Positions 18,668-27,919 of a DNA stretch of 64,000 nucleotides are shown here, piece by piece. Position numbers and translations under genes: made by a program. Source of the stretch: Candidatus Pacebacteria bacterium UBA6180 (lineage in GTDB: Bacteria; Patescibacteriota; Microgenomatia; UBA1400; PJMF01); NCBI GenBank assembly GCA_002422165.1, contig DITQ01000008.1, positions 35,136 through 99,135 on the forward strand, given 5' to 3'. The notes beneath the pieces were generated by a model. It saw nothing but the letters and a program-made list of their open reading frames with translations, did no database searches and was not told where the DNA came from. Position 1 is the stretch's first letter. Each line of letters starts with the position of its first letter.

Positions 18668-18832
18668 AATTTTTGTACTTTAAATTCAATCACGCTCGAC
18701 TAAAATTGTCAGCTTCGTTTGTACCTGCAATCTTTGTCTCGCTCAGTGAAATCGCTGTCAAAAAACAAAGACTTCGTTTATGATTTGTAGTCAGCTCTTT
18801 CAATGGATTGCATTCAAAGTACAAAAATTCTA
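18665..18832 (-). repeat. Structured ~168-nt three-way-junction element, copy 2
   Basis: Perfect 17-bp terminal IR (18665-81/18816-32). Its reverse complement shares ATCCATTGAA, GCGAyTTCA, TGAGCGA, AAAGATTG and GTCrAGCGyGAT with copy 1. Confidence 0.75.
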
Positions 18833-18858
18833 AAAATATATACGGAAAGAAAATCATT

Positions 18859-20190
18859 ATGTCCAAAGCAAGCTTCGTCGTCACTGGTGGTACGCCACTC
18901 TATGGCTCAGTCAGGGTGGGTGGTGCCAAGAATGCTTCTTATAAGCTGATGATCGCTGCTCTTCTTGGCAGCAAGCAAAGTCGCCTTCTCAATTTACCCG
19001 ATATTTCCGACGTAGACTTGGTTGCCTCGATTATCAATGAGCTTGGTGCCAAAGCTTACCGCGTCGGTGAGCGTACTTTTTTTATCGATGCTGGTAATCT
19101 ACGCTTCAGCGCTGTGCAGGCAAAGCACGGAGCCGCTTCACGGGCTTCGACGTTGTTTATTCCGGTACTTTTGGCTAAATTTGGCGAAGCTTCGGTGCCA
19201 CTTCCCGGCGGTGACCAGATCGGCAAGCGACCACTCGAGCGCCATATGGCAGGCTTGGAGTTGATGGGTGTCAAATTTACACAGGAAGATGGAGTGTTGA
19301 GAGCAACCTGCAAGGAGTTGCGTGGTTGTAGCTATCGCTTCGAGAAAAACACTCACACTGGCACAGAAACTTTGATCATGGCGGCGGTTTTGGCCAAAGG
19401 TAAAACCGTGCTAGAAAATGCTGCCGAAGAACCAGAAATTGACGACTTAATTGCTTTTCTTAATCACATGGGAGCCAAAATCCGCCGCCGCCCTTTTCGG
19501 ACTATCGAGATCGAGGGAGTTGAGAAGCTTAGTGGAGCTATTCACAAGATCATGCCAGACCGCAATGAAGCAGTTAGTTATGCTTGTGCAGCCATTGCCA
19601 GTCGAGGTGATATCGTGGTCGAAAATGCGCGCCACAAAGATCTCAAAGCTTTTCTTGATAAGTTGGATGAAATTGGCGCCGGCTACGAGATTGGTGATTA
19701 TGGCATTCGCTTCTATTACAAAGGTGAGCTGCGCGCTACCGATGTAGAGACGGAAATTCACCCTGGCTTCATGACTGATTGGCAACCTTTATTTGCTACC
19801 CTTCTCTGTCAGTGTCATGGAGAGAGCATTATTCATGAGACGGTGATGCAAAACCGCTTTCAGTATGTGGCTGATTTGCAGGCAATGGGGGCCAAAATTG
19901 AATATTTCAATCCAGAGGTCAAAAATCCCGAGACTTTTTACAATTTCAACTGGCAAGATCGTAGTGACAAAGACCGCCACGCTATTCGCATCATTGGCCC
20001 TACCAATTTTCAAGGCGGCGAGTTCAAAATTCATGACTTGCGAGCAGGAGCGACAATTTTGCTAGCAGCTATCAGTGCTCACGGCCAGACTACTTTGCAC
20101 AACATCGAGCAAGTTGAGCGTGGTTATCAAAAGATCGATGAGAAATTAATTTTGATGGGTGCTAAGATAGAGAGAGTTATCACGCAGTAA
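18859..20190 (+). CDS. murA: UDP-GlcNAc 1-carboxyvinyltransferase (Cys-to-Asp variant)
   Basis: GAKNA, LPGGDQIG.RP, PGF.TD.Q and DLRAGA. Start placed at ATG 18859. Confidence 0.96.
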   Translation: MSKASFVVTGGTPLYGSVRVGGAKNASYKLMIAALLGSKQSRLLNLPDISDVDLVASIINELGAKAYRVGERTFFIDAGNLRFSAVQAKHGAASRASTLFIPVLLAKFGEASVPLPGGDQIGKRPLERHMAGLELMGVKFTQEDGVLRATCKELRGCSYRFEKNTHTGTETLIMAAVLAKGKTVLENAAEEPEIDDLIAFLNHMGAKIRRRPFRTIEIEGVEKLSGAIHKIMPDRNEAVSYACAAIASRGDIVVENARHKDLKAFLDKLDEIGAGYEIGDYGIRFYYKGELRATDVETEIHPGFMTDWQPLFATLLCQCHGESIIHETVMQNRFQYVADLQAMGAKIEYFNPEVKNPETFYNFNWQDRSDKDRHAIRIIGPTNFQGGEFKIHDLRAGATILLAAISAHGQTTLHNIEQVERGYQKIDEKLILMGAKIERVITQ

Positions 20191-20205
20191 AAACGGAACA
20201 AAACT

Positions 20206-21249
20206 ATGGGGTCACTAGCATTATTTTTGGGTTTGTTGATTTTTTCTTTTGCGTTGACAAGTACGGCGGTGGTGCCGTTTATTAATTTGCTATATCGCTT
20301 GCGTTTTCGTCGCCAAGATCAGGAGACGACTGATGCCTTCGGCGAGCGGACACCCATTTTCGACAAATTTCACGCTGGTAAAGCAGGTGTGCCAGTGGGC
20401 GGCGGTTTGTTGGTAGTGATGGCGGTGTCTTTGTTTTTTGCCTTGATGATTCCAGCTCTTAATTATTTTGGAATCGAGGTAACTAGCTTACACAATGATA
20501 GCCAAGCTGAGGTTAATGTGCTTTTTTTTACTTTCCTTTCTTTTGCGATTTTAGGGCTTTATGACGATATTAAGAAATTTTTTCACTTCGATGATAAGAA
20601 GTTTTTTGGTTTACGCATGCGGGCTAAGTTATTACTGCAGGTTTTGTTAGCCGCGATTATTGCCTGCATGATTTATTTCCAGTTAGGGATTTCGATTTTG
20701 CACGTGCCTTTTATGGGTACGCTGCAACTTGGGTATTTTTACATTCCTTTTGCGGCTTTTGTAATTGTCGCTTTTGCTAATGCGGTCAACATTACTGACG
20801 GTTTGGATGGCTTAGCGGCAGGAGTACTGTTATTTTCGCTTTTTGGCTTGTGGATTTTATCCTCGACGATCCTCGATGTTCCTTTATCAGTTTTTATTGC
20901 TTTGTGGTTGGGCGCCTTGATTTCTTTTTTGTACTTCAATGTTTACCCGGCCAGAATTTTTATGGGCGATGTTGGCTCGCTGGCTTTTGGGGCGACTTTG
21001 GCGGTGATTGGTTTATTGCTTGGCAAAATTTTGGCGCTTCTAGTGATTGGCTTTATCTTCGTGGTGGAAATTGCTAGTTCACTATTGCAGCTTTCTGCCA
21101 AAAAGTATTTCAAGAAGAAAATTTTCACTGCTGCTCCGCTTCATTTAAGCTTTCAGGAAAAAGGTTGGGCCGAGCCAAAAATTGTCCAGCGTGCTTGGCT
21201 GCTGCAAATCATGCTAACTATCTTTGGGGTATGGTTAGCGGTTATTTAG
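20206..21249 (+). CDS. mraY: Phospho-MurNAc-pentapeptide transferase (divergent)
   Basis: GLYDD, NAVNITDGLDGLA and PARIFMGDVGS; the HHH motif reads HLS. Confidence 0.9.
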   Translation: MGSLALFLGLLIFSFALTSTAVVPFINLLYRLRFRRQDQETTDAFGERTPIFDKFHAGKAGVPVGGGLLVVMAVSLFFALMIPALNYFGIEVTSLHNDSQAEVNVLFFTFLSFAILGLYDDIKKFFHFDDKKFFGLRMRAKLLLQVLLAAIIACMIYFQLGISILHVPFMGTLQLGYFYIPFAAFVIVAFANAVNITDGLDGLAAGVLLFSLFGLWILSSTILDVPLSVFIALWLGALISFLYFNVYPARIFMGDVGSLAFGATLAVIGLLLGKILALLVIGFIFVVEIASSLLQLSAKKYFKKKIFTAAPLHLSFQEKGWAEPKIVQRAWLLQIMLTIFGVWLAVI

Positions 21250-21283
21250 AATAGATTTAAATCGAGCTTGTTGTTAAATAAAA

Positions 21284-22354
21284 ATGTCAGCTGCCAGACT
21301 ATTTTTCATCAATTTATTTTTGCTTGCTTTCGTAGGTTTATTTTTTGTGTTTGAAGCTTCGACGGTGGAGAGTTTCAAGTTATTTGGCCATCAATACTAC
21401 TTTTTTAAACAGCAGGCTATTTGGCTCTTGTTGTCTGGTGTGTTCTTTTTCATCATTGCTCGTTTTAAATTGGATTTCGCTAAGAAATATGCTCTGCAGT
21501 TTTATCTTCTAGCGATGTTTCTACTAATCTTAACCCTGATTCCAGGGATTGGTCTCAAGCTCAACGGCGCTAGGCGATGGATTGCTCTACCTTTTGTTAC
21601 GCTCCAGACTGTAGAAGTGGTTAAGCTGGTCCTGATCAATTTCATGGCTTTTCTCTTATCCAAAAAGTTGAACTTGAGGAGTTTTTTATTTTTTCTATTT
21701 TGGCCAGTATTTCTAGTCATGTTGCAGCCAGATTTTGGTTCAGTGATGATTCTGGTGGCAACTAGCCTCATCATTTATTTTTTATCAGGAGCACCGTTTA
21801 AAAAACTGTTGTTATTGGCTGCAGGTGGGGCTTTTTTGGCCTTGCTAGTAGTGTTACTTAGTCCTTATCGTCGCGATCGTTTGATGACTTTTCTAAATCC
21901 TGAATCCAATCTGCAAGACCAGTCTTATCATGTTCGTCAGATCACTTTGGCCTTGGGAGGTGGAGCTTGGTTTGGACGCGGCATCGGTAATTCACTGCAA
22001 AAATATTCTTACGTGCCAGAGGCCAGCAGTGATTCGATCTTTGCCATCATTGCAGAAGAAGTTGGTTTTGTTGGTTCGACGATGATCATCTTGCTTTTTG
22101 CAGGATATTTTATCTTTGCTCAAGCGATGGTGCGCGATAAGAATTTAACTAAATATGAATATTTATTGTTTTACGGCATTTTGGGTTGGCTGGCTACTCA
22201 AATCTTTTTCAATTTAGCAGCAGTTGTTGTACTTTTACCACTAAGCGGCATGCCTCTACCCTTCTTTTCTCAAGGTGGCTCGGCGCTACTAATGTCTTTT
22301 GTGGCGAGTGCTGTTTTACTCTCTATCGCCAAGCATGCTAAGATAAAAAAGTGA
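21284..22354 (+). CDS. ftsW: SEDS peptidoglycan polymerase FtsW
   Basis: NGARRWI, QPDFG, PEASSDSIF and PFFSQGGS; lies between mraY and murG. Confidence 0.92.
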   Translation: MSAARLFFINLFLLAFVGLFFVFEASTVESFKLFGHQYYFFKQQAIWLLLSGVFFFIIARFKLDFAKKYALQFYLLAMFLLILTLIPGIGLKLNGARRWIALPFVTLQTVEVVKLVLINFMAFLLSKKLNLRSFLFFLFWPVFLVMLQPDFGSVMILVATSLIIYFLSGAPFKKLLLLAAGGAFLALLVVLLSPYRRDRLMTFLNPESNLQDQSYHVRQITLALGGGAWFGRGIGNSLQKYSYVPEASSDSIFAIIAEEVGFVGSTMIILLFAGYFIFAQAMVRDKNLTKYEYLLFYGILGWLATQIFFNLAAVVVLLPLSGMPLPFFSQGGSALLMSFVASAVLLSIAKHAKIKK

Positions 22355-23478
22355 GAATTCTACTTAGTGGTGCCCACCTAACTCCAGCTTTGGCGATGAT
22401 TGATTTCATCAAGGCTAATCATCCCGAACACGAGCTTTTTTTCGTGGGGCGTCTTTACAGTCAAGAGAAGCTGGGTCAGAAAGCAGTCGAAGAGGCAGAA
22501 GTCAACAAGCGCCAGGTCAAATTTATTCCTTTTACGGCGCCTAAATTCGTCAATCATTCTTTTTTAACCAAGCTCAACAACTTATTAACTTTCCCCAAAG
22601 TTGTTCGTCAGGCTAGGGAAATTTTGCGCGAAGAAAAAATTGATCTTTTCCTATCTTTTGGTTCCTATTTAGCAGTGCCCTTTGCCCTGGCTGCCAAAAG
22701 TTTACAAATTCCTATCGTTACACACGAACAAACCGTGGTAATGGGTAAAGCCAATCGTTTCATCTCAACCTTGGCTGATCGTGTGGCTATTTCGCACCTG
22801 GAAACCAAGCGCTACTTGGGAAACACTGAGGCGGTGCTAACCGGCAATCCGGTGCGCGCTAAGCTTTTTGCTAAAGATCTCAAGCGACCTAGTTGGTTGC
22901 CGGCAGAAATCAAAAATATCATTCTGGTGATGGGCGGCAACCAAGGTTCTTTTGTGCTCAACGATGCAGTCGAAGCAGCACTGCCACAACTATTGACGAA
23001 ATACAGTGTCATCCATCAGTGTGGAAGATCCAATAAGCTCAAAAACCCATCACAGCATCTGGAAAAATACAAAAAAAGTCTAGCCAAAGAGTTGCGACAA
23101 AAATATTTCATTAAGGAGTGGATCGAAGACGAAGATTTGTTTTGGATTTATCAACACGCAAAATTTGCTATTTCCAGATCAGGCGCGAACGCTGTTTTGG
23201 AGTTGTCACTGGCGCCTCTGCCCGCCATTCTCATTCCCCTGCCCAATACTTACCAAGATGAGCAGTTAGCCAACGCTTCAATGATGCAAAAAGCCAATGG
23301 AGCCCTGATTTTGCAGCAAAGCTTGCTGAATGCCACCACGCTATTGGATAGCGTTGCGCATCTGGAGCAAAACTACCGAGAAATGCGGCGTGATTTGGCC
23401 AGAAGCAGCAATTACCTTGGAGCTAGCGCCAAACTTTATCAATTATTGGTGGAGGCTTATCAGGCTAAGAGGTTGTGA
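22351..23478 (+). CDS. murG: MurG glycosyltransferase (divergent glycine loops)
   Basis: HEQ...G.AN, TGNPVR, GGNQGS, SRSGA and Q..NA. Confidence 0.92.
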   Translation: MRILLSGAHLTPALAMIDFIKANHPEHELFFVGRLYSQEKLGQKAVEEAEVNKRQVKFIPFTAPKFVNHSFLTKLNNLLTFPKVVRQAREILREEKIDLFLSFGSYLAVPFALAAKSLQIPIVTHEQTVVMGKANRFISTLADRVAISHLETKRYLGNTEAVLTGNPVRAKLFAKDLKRPSWLPAEIKNIILVMGGNQGSFVLNDAVEAALPQLLTKYSVIHQCGRSNKLKNPSQHLEKYKKSLAKELRQKYFIKEWIEDEDLFWIYQHAKFAISRSGANAVLELSLAPLPAILIPLPNTYQDEQLANASMMQKANGALILQQSLLNATTLLDSVAHLEQNYREMRRDLARSSNYLGASAKLYQLLVEAYQAKRL

Positions 23479-24170
23479 AAATCATCCCTTTTTTTATTTT
23501 GTTGCTTTTGTTTGTTTTGTCGCTAAAATTTGTTTTTGTGGTGCGTCAGGTCGATTGTTTGCTTCAAGGTGTTAGCTTGGAAGAAGGTGTCTGTCAACAA
23601 ATAAACAAACATTTTCTTGGAAAATCGCTTTTTTTAACTGATTTTGAAAACGCTTCGATTTGGAATGAGTTGCTTGGCAGTGAACGATATAGTCAAGCTT
23701 ATCAATACCAAACAGTTAATAAATCTTTGGGCGGTCAGATTGAGTTGACCTTAGTGGCCAAACTACCAGACTATCGTCTGCAAAGTAGTCAGGGTAGTTT
23801 TTTGCTTAACCACAGTAATAAGTTGCGCAACGATCGAGCGGATTTGTCTCTGCCAACAATTGAAGCGGAGCTTGAGCCTGTAATTTTAGCAAATGGTTAT
23901 TTGGGAGAAGATTTACACGAGCATTTTTTTGCCTTGTCCAAGGCGCTGCACTTATATGGTTTTGACGATAGCCAAGTCAAATGGTTGAGCGAACAGGAAA
24001 TTCAGTTGCGCACAGCCAACCTGCTAGTTCTACTTGATAGCAGTAAAGATTATGAATACCAAATTGAGCGCTTGCATGCGATCCTGAGTGATCGTGAGCT
24101 GGCTGCAACTTTAGCAGCTGGCCAAGTTTTAGATTTACGTTTCAATTTACCGGTTTTGAAAAAATATTAG
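23475..24170 (+). CDS. FtsQ/DivIB-like cell division protein
   Basis: Single N-terminal TM, C-terminal LDLRF motif, directly upstream of ftsA. Confidence 0.7.
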   Translation: MKIIPFFILLLLFVLSLKFVFVVRQVDCLLQGVSLEEGVCQQINKHFLGKSLFLTDFENASIWNELLGSERYSQAYQYQTVNKSLGGQIELTLVAKLPDYRLQSSQGSFLLNHSNKLRNDRADLSLPTIEAELEPVILANGYLGEDLHEHFFALSKALHLYGFDDSQVKWLSEQEIQLRTANLLVLLDSSKDYEYQIERLHAILSDRELAATLAAGQVLDLRFNLPVLKKY

Positions 24171-24218
24171 AGCAAAACATAGACAGCAGGCTGAAATTTT
24201 TGTATTATCAAAGTAGCC

Positions 24219-25529
24219 ATGAGCAAAGAACAAGTAATTACTGCAATTGATTTGGGTAGTGAGAAATGCACCACCTTGATTGCTCGAGTCAATGAGGCCA
24301 GCACGCTACAGGTGCTTGGTTTTGCAGTGATTCCTTCGCGCGGGATGAAGCGCAGCATGATCATCGATCTAGAGCAGGTGCTCAATACTGTTAGTCAGGG
24401 ATTGGATGCGGCCGAACGGATGGCTGGCTTTAGCGTCAAGAATGCCGTCGTTTCTATTTCTGGAGTTCACATCAAGTACAAAAATTCTCGCGGCGTAGTA
24501 GCCGTGGCTTCAGCTGATCAAGAAATTGTTAGAAGCGATATCGATCGAGTTATCGAAGCGGCTCGCGCAGTGTCTATGCCTTCTGACCGCGAAATTATTC
24601 ATGTTATTCCCAAGGATTTTAAAGTTGATTCCCAGGAAGGCGTCAAAGATCCAGCCGGCATGACTGGAGTGCGCCTAGAAGCTGAAGCCCACATCATCAC
24701 TGCCCTCAACACGTCTTTGCGCAATATCGAGAAATGCATTAGTGATCTGGGCATCAAAGTCGATGCTTTTGTCTTTTCTGCCTTGGCTGCGGCCAGCGTA
24801 GCTCTCAGTGAAACCGAGAAAGAACTGGGTGTGGTCTTGGTCGACATCGGGGCCGGCACTACCAGTATCATTGCATACGTGGAAGGAGCTCTAGAATTCT
24901 CAGCGGTGTTGCCGATTGGTGCCAAGCACATCACCCAGGACATTGCTCTGGGGTGTCGCATTCCGATGGATGACGCCGAGAAACTCAAGCTTTATTTGAC
25001 CGACAATAACCTCGAAGACCTGCGGCCGATTCCCGGGGAATCTAAGGTTGATTTTACCAAGCGCAAGAAGAAGCTTGATTTGATCGACCCAGAGAAGGTT
25101 GGCATCGCTCATAACGATTTTCTGTCCAAGAAAACCTTGGTTGGTGGGATTATGGAGCCTCGTCTGCGCGAAATTTTCAAATTAGTTATGCAGGAATTAG
25201 ATAAGGCTGATCTGCTTTCTGGCAACAAAGTCCCCGCAGGGCTCGTTTTGACTGGCGGTGGGGCGATGACTGCTTCAGTGGTTGAGGTGGCCAAGAAAGT
25301 CAGTAGCTTGCCCGTGCGCTTGGCAGCTCCAGAGGAGATTGAAGGTCTGACTGAGGACATCAAGAAGCCAAATTTTGCCGTCTCGGTGGGTTTGCTTGAA
25401 TATGCGCTTACACAAGGCAAGACAGCAGTAGTCGCCGAAGAATTTAATTGGCACTCCTTGATCCCAGGTGGACTGGGAGGCAAGCTACTTGGTGGCTTGA
25501 AAAAATTAGCCAAGTCAATTTTACCTTGA
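24219..25529 (+). CDS. ftsA: Cell division protein FtsA
   Basis: IDLGSEK, P.GM.G.RLE, VDIGAGTT, VLTGGG and C-terminal amphipathic helix. Confidence 0.97.
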   Translation: MSKEQVITAIDLGSEKCTTLIARVNEASTLQVLGFAVIPSRGMKRSMIIDLEQVLNTVSQGLDAAERMAGFSVKNAVVSISGVHIKYKNSRGVVAVASADQEIVRSDIDRVIEAARAVSMPSDREIIHVIPKDFKVDSQEGVKDPAGMTGVRLEAEAHIITALNTSLRNIEKCISDLGIKVDAFVFSALAAASVALSETEKELGVVLVDIGAGTTSIIAYVEGALEFSAVLPIGAKHITQDIALGCRIPMDDAEKLKLYLTDNNLEDLRPIPGESKVDFTKRKKKLDLIDPEKVGIAHNDFLSKKTLVGGIMEPRLREIFKLVMQELDKADLLSGNKVPAGLVLTGGGAMTASVVEVAKKVSSLPVRLAAPEEIEGLTEDIKKPNFAVSVGLLEYALTQGKTAVVAEEFNWHSLIPGGLGGKLLGGLKKLAKSILP

Positions 25530-25582
25530 TTTTTATGTTATAGTTTGATAGTGTATTTGCACATACAGAAAGCCTTAAAAAT

Positions 25583-26884
25583 ATGGGACTCGTAAAACCT
25601 TCCAATACTACTTTTGCCAAGATCAAAGTCATCGGTGTCGGTGGTGGCGGCAGCAATGCGGTCAACTCGATGGTTTTGTCTCGTCAAATTAACGGTGTGG
25701 AATTCATTACTGTCAACACCGATGCGCAGGCCCTGCTCACCTCCAAAGCTGAAACCAAGATGCAGATCGGCACCAACTTTACCCGTGGCTTGGGTGCTGG
25801 CGCTGATCCAGAGGTTGGGCGCACGGCGGCAGAAGAAAGCCGCGAGAAACTCAAGGATTTATTATTTGACACCGATATGGTTTTTATCACTGCTGGCATG
25901 GGTGGTGGTACGGGCACAGGAGCGGCACCCATCATTGCTGAAATTGCCAAAGAAGCTGGAGCCCTGACAGTGGCGGTGGTCACCAAGCCTTTTGCCTTTG
26001 AAGGTATCAGGCGTATGCAGACTGCTGACGAGGGTATCGAAGCTTTGGGTGATAGTGTAGACACTTTGATCGTTATTCCCAACCAGCGTTTACTAGAGGT
26101 AATTGATAAAAAAATGACTTTCATCGACGCCTTTCGCCTAGCCGATAACGTGCTTGGTCAGGGAGTCAAAGGTATTTCGGATCTGATTACCATCGCTGGC
26201 ATGATCAATGTCGACTTCGCTGACGTCAAAACGATCATGATTGATTCTGGTTCGGCCCTGATGGGCATTGGTGAAGCTTCTGGAGAAGATAGGGCGGTGG
26301 TGGCGGCACGCATGGCTGTTTCTTCGCCTCTGCTCGAAGTCTCGATCGATGGTGCCAAGGGCATTCTCTACAACATCACTGGTGGTCCAGATATGGCGAT
26401 GAGCGAAATTTCTGACGCTTCAGCAGTGATTGCCGACAGTGCCGATCCGGACGCTAACATTATTTTTGGGGCTACCATCGACGAAAACATGGGTTCTAAG
26501 ATTAAGATTAGCGTTATTGCCACTGGCTTTGGTGACACTTATTCTGGTACTGGCCCACGAGCGATGTTTGGCGCTTACTCTCGTGAATCCAGGCGCAAGA
26601 TGAGTGGCCCGACGGCCGCTTACAAGAACGATGAGAAGCCAGAGCAGCAAGAAGAGAAAATTGATCGTGCGCCCAGCGCATTTACTCAGCCTCAGGCTGC
26701 GCCAGCCAAGCCAGTTAAGGAAGAAGAGCCAGTTAGCCGCAATCCTTTTGTGCGCTCTGCCCTCTTCAACCTGAAGAAAAAAGACGAGCAGAAGCGTGAT
26801 GACCAGAGCGACAAAAAAGAAGACATTGATAGTGACGATGAGTTTGCCGAGTTCGATGTGCCAGCGTTTTTGAGGGATAGGTAG
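25583..26884 (+). CDS. ftsZ: Cell division protein FtsZ
   Basis: [23 protein letters not shown] and C-terminal DVPAFLR. Confidence 0.99.
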   Translation: MGLVKPSNTTFAKIKVIGVGGGGSNAVNSMVLSRQINGVEFITVNTDAQALLTSKAETKMQIGTNFTRGLGAGADPEVGRTAAEESREKLKDLLFDTDMVFITAGMGGGTGTGAAPIIAEIAKEAGALTVAVVTKPFAFEGIRRMQTADEGIEALGDSVDTLIVIPNQRLLEVIDKKMTFIDAFRLADNVLGQGVKGISDLITIAGMINVDFADVKTIMIDSGSALMGIGEASGEDRAVVAARMAVSSPLLEVSIDGAKGILYNITGGPDMAMSEISDASAVIADSADPDANIIFGATIDENMGSKIKISVIATGFGDTYSGTGPRAMFGAYSRESRRKMSGPTAAYKNDEKPEQQEEKIDRAPSAFTQPQAAPAKPVKEEEPVSRNPFVRSALFNLKKKDEQKRDDQSDKKEDIDSDDEFAEFDVPAFLRDR

Positions 26885-26893
26885 AATATTGTC

Positions 26894-27613
26894 GTGGAGT
26901 ATTTTTATTTTTCAATAATTGTTTTAGCAGCATCCTTTTTACAAGGATTGACTGGTTTTGGTTTTGCTATTTTAGCCGCACCTCTTTGCCTTCTTTTTTT
27001 TGAGCAACAAGAAGTAGTAATTGTTTTATCTGCAGTGAGCTTATTATTGAACCTTTATTTGGTTCTCAAAATTAAAGCCAGCCCTGATTTTCAAATCCTA
27101 AGGCAACTGCTTCTTGCAGGGATAATGGGATTGCCTGTTGGGGTAGCTGTTTTATTGATGTTTAACCCTGAATTTTTGAAAATTTCCACTTCTTTATTAG
27201 TTTTAACGTTTGCTTTGCTTAGTTTGTTTCCAAAGTTAAGTTTTAAGAAAAATGATTGGATAACTGTAAACGTTGGCTTTCTCAGTGGCTTATTACAGTC
27301 TGGAATTGGTTTGAATGGACCAATTCTAGCCTTGACCTTAAACAGCTATGATTTAGAACCAATTAAAATTAGAAAAACTCTGGCAATTCTTTTTTTGGCT
27401 CTAAGTTCGTTTAGTATTCCGCTTTTTATTTTAAGTAACATTGTTAATCAAAAAGTAATTAGTCTGAGTTTGCTCGCCTTACCTTTTATTTGCTTGGGAG
27501 CCTGGTTGGGAAATATTGCTTTTGATAACAGCAAGCAACATCATTTTAAATTGATGACTATGGCTTTATCAGTCATTGCTGCTTTATACTCAATAATGCG
27601 AATTCTATCTTAA
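26894..27613 (+). CDS. TauE/SafE-family (sulfite exporter-like) membrane protein
   Basis: QGLTGFGFA and the second-repeat G.G..GP motif; multi-TM; AT-rich. Confidence 0.85.
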   Translation: MEYFYFSIIVLAASFLQGLTGFGFAILAAPLCLLFFEQQEVVIVLSAVSLLLNLYLVLKIKASPDFQILRQLLLAGIMGLPVGVAVLLMFNPEFLKISTSLLVLTFALLSLFPKLSFKKNDWITVNVGFLSGLLQSGIGLNGPILALTLNSYDLEPIKIRKTLAILFLALSSFSIPLFILSNIVNQKVISLSLLALPFICLGAWLGNIAFDNSKQHHFKLMTMALSVIAALYSIMRILS

Positions 27614-27703
27614 GCTTTGTGTTCGCTTGAGTTTTTCTTATTTATTACTTTTACTTTTGCAAAAAGCAGAGGGAGGAAATATAATTCTAACAATAACCTT
27701 AAA

Positions 27704-27889
27704 ACCTTTCGAGCCGCTATCCACGGCGAGGTGTCTGCAGAAAGCTTTTTGAAACTTAAAGAGCAAGTAAACCAGGCCGGCAGAGTCCGTAATCGCTCTT
27801 AATCAAGTATTAGTCAGGCTGGTACCTTCGTCTATCAAGATGAGCCTGCTTAGAAACGACATAAAGTTCGTTTTTAGGCAGGCTTTTTT
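27704..27889 (+). promoter_or_regulatory. T-box riboswitch (Ile, AUC specifier) with intrinsic terminator
   Basis: Stem I CGA-GCCG-ctATCca-CGGC-GAG; stem II AGAA...AGTA; CCGTAA loop; antiterminator CAGGC-TGGTACC-T-TCGTC..GATGA-GCCTG; 17-bp terminator 27843-27884 plus T5; TATAAT at 27680. Confidence 0.88.
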
Positions 27890-27919
27890 AGTAGCAAAAA
27901 AGTATAGTATAAGGAAACC

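Noticed and set aside
18665-18832. Rod fold read as 6S RNA
   Set aside because: A second homologous copy exists whose covariation supports the branched fold, and no dedicated promoter or terminator was seen. Not formally excluded without cmscan.
18690-18884. 64-aa minus-strand ORF and the TTG-extended murA start at 18808
   Set aside because: Both run through the structured repeat; MurA homology starts at ATG 18859.
27617-27802. 61-aa ORF upstream of ileS as a leader peptide
   Set aside because: It starts upstream of the -10 box and overlaps the T-box, which fully explains the region.
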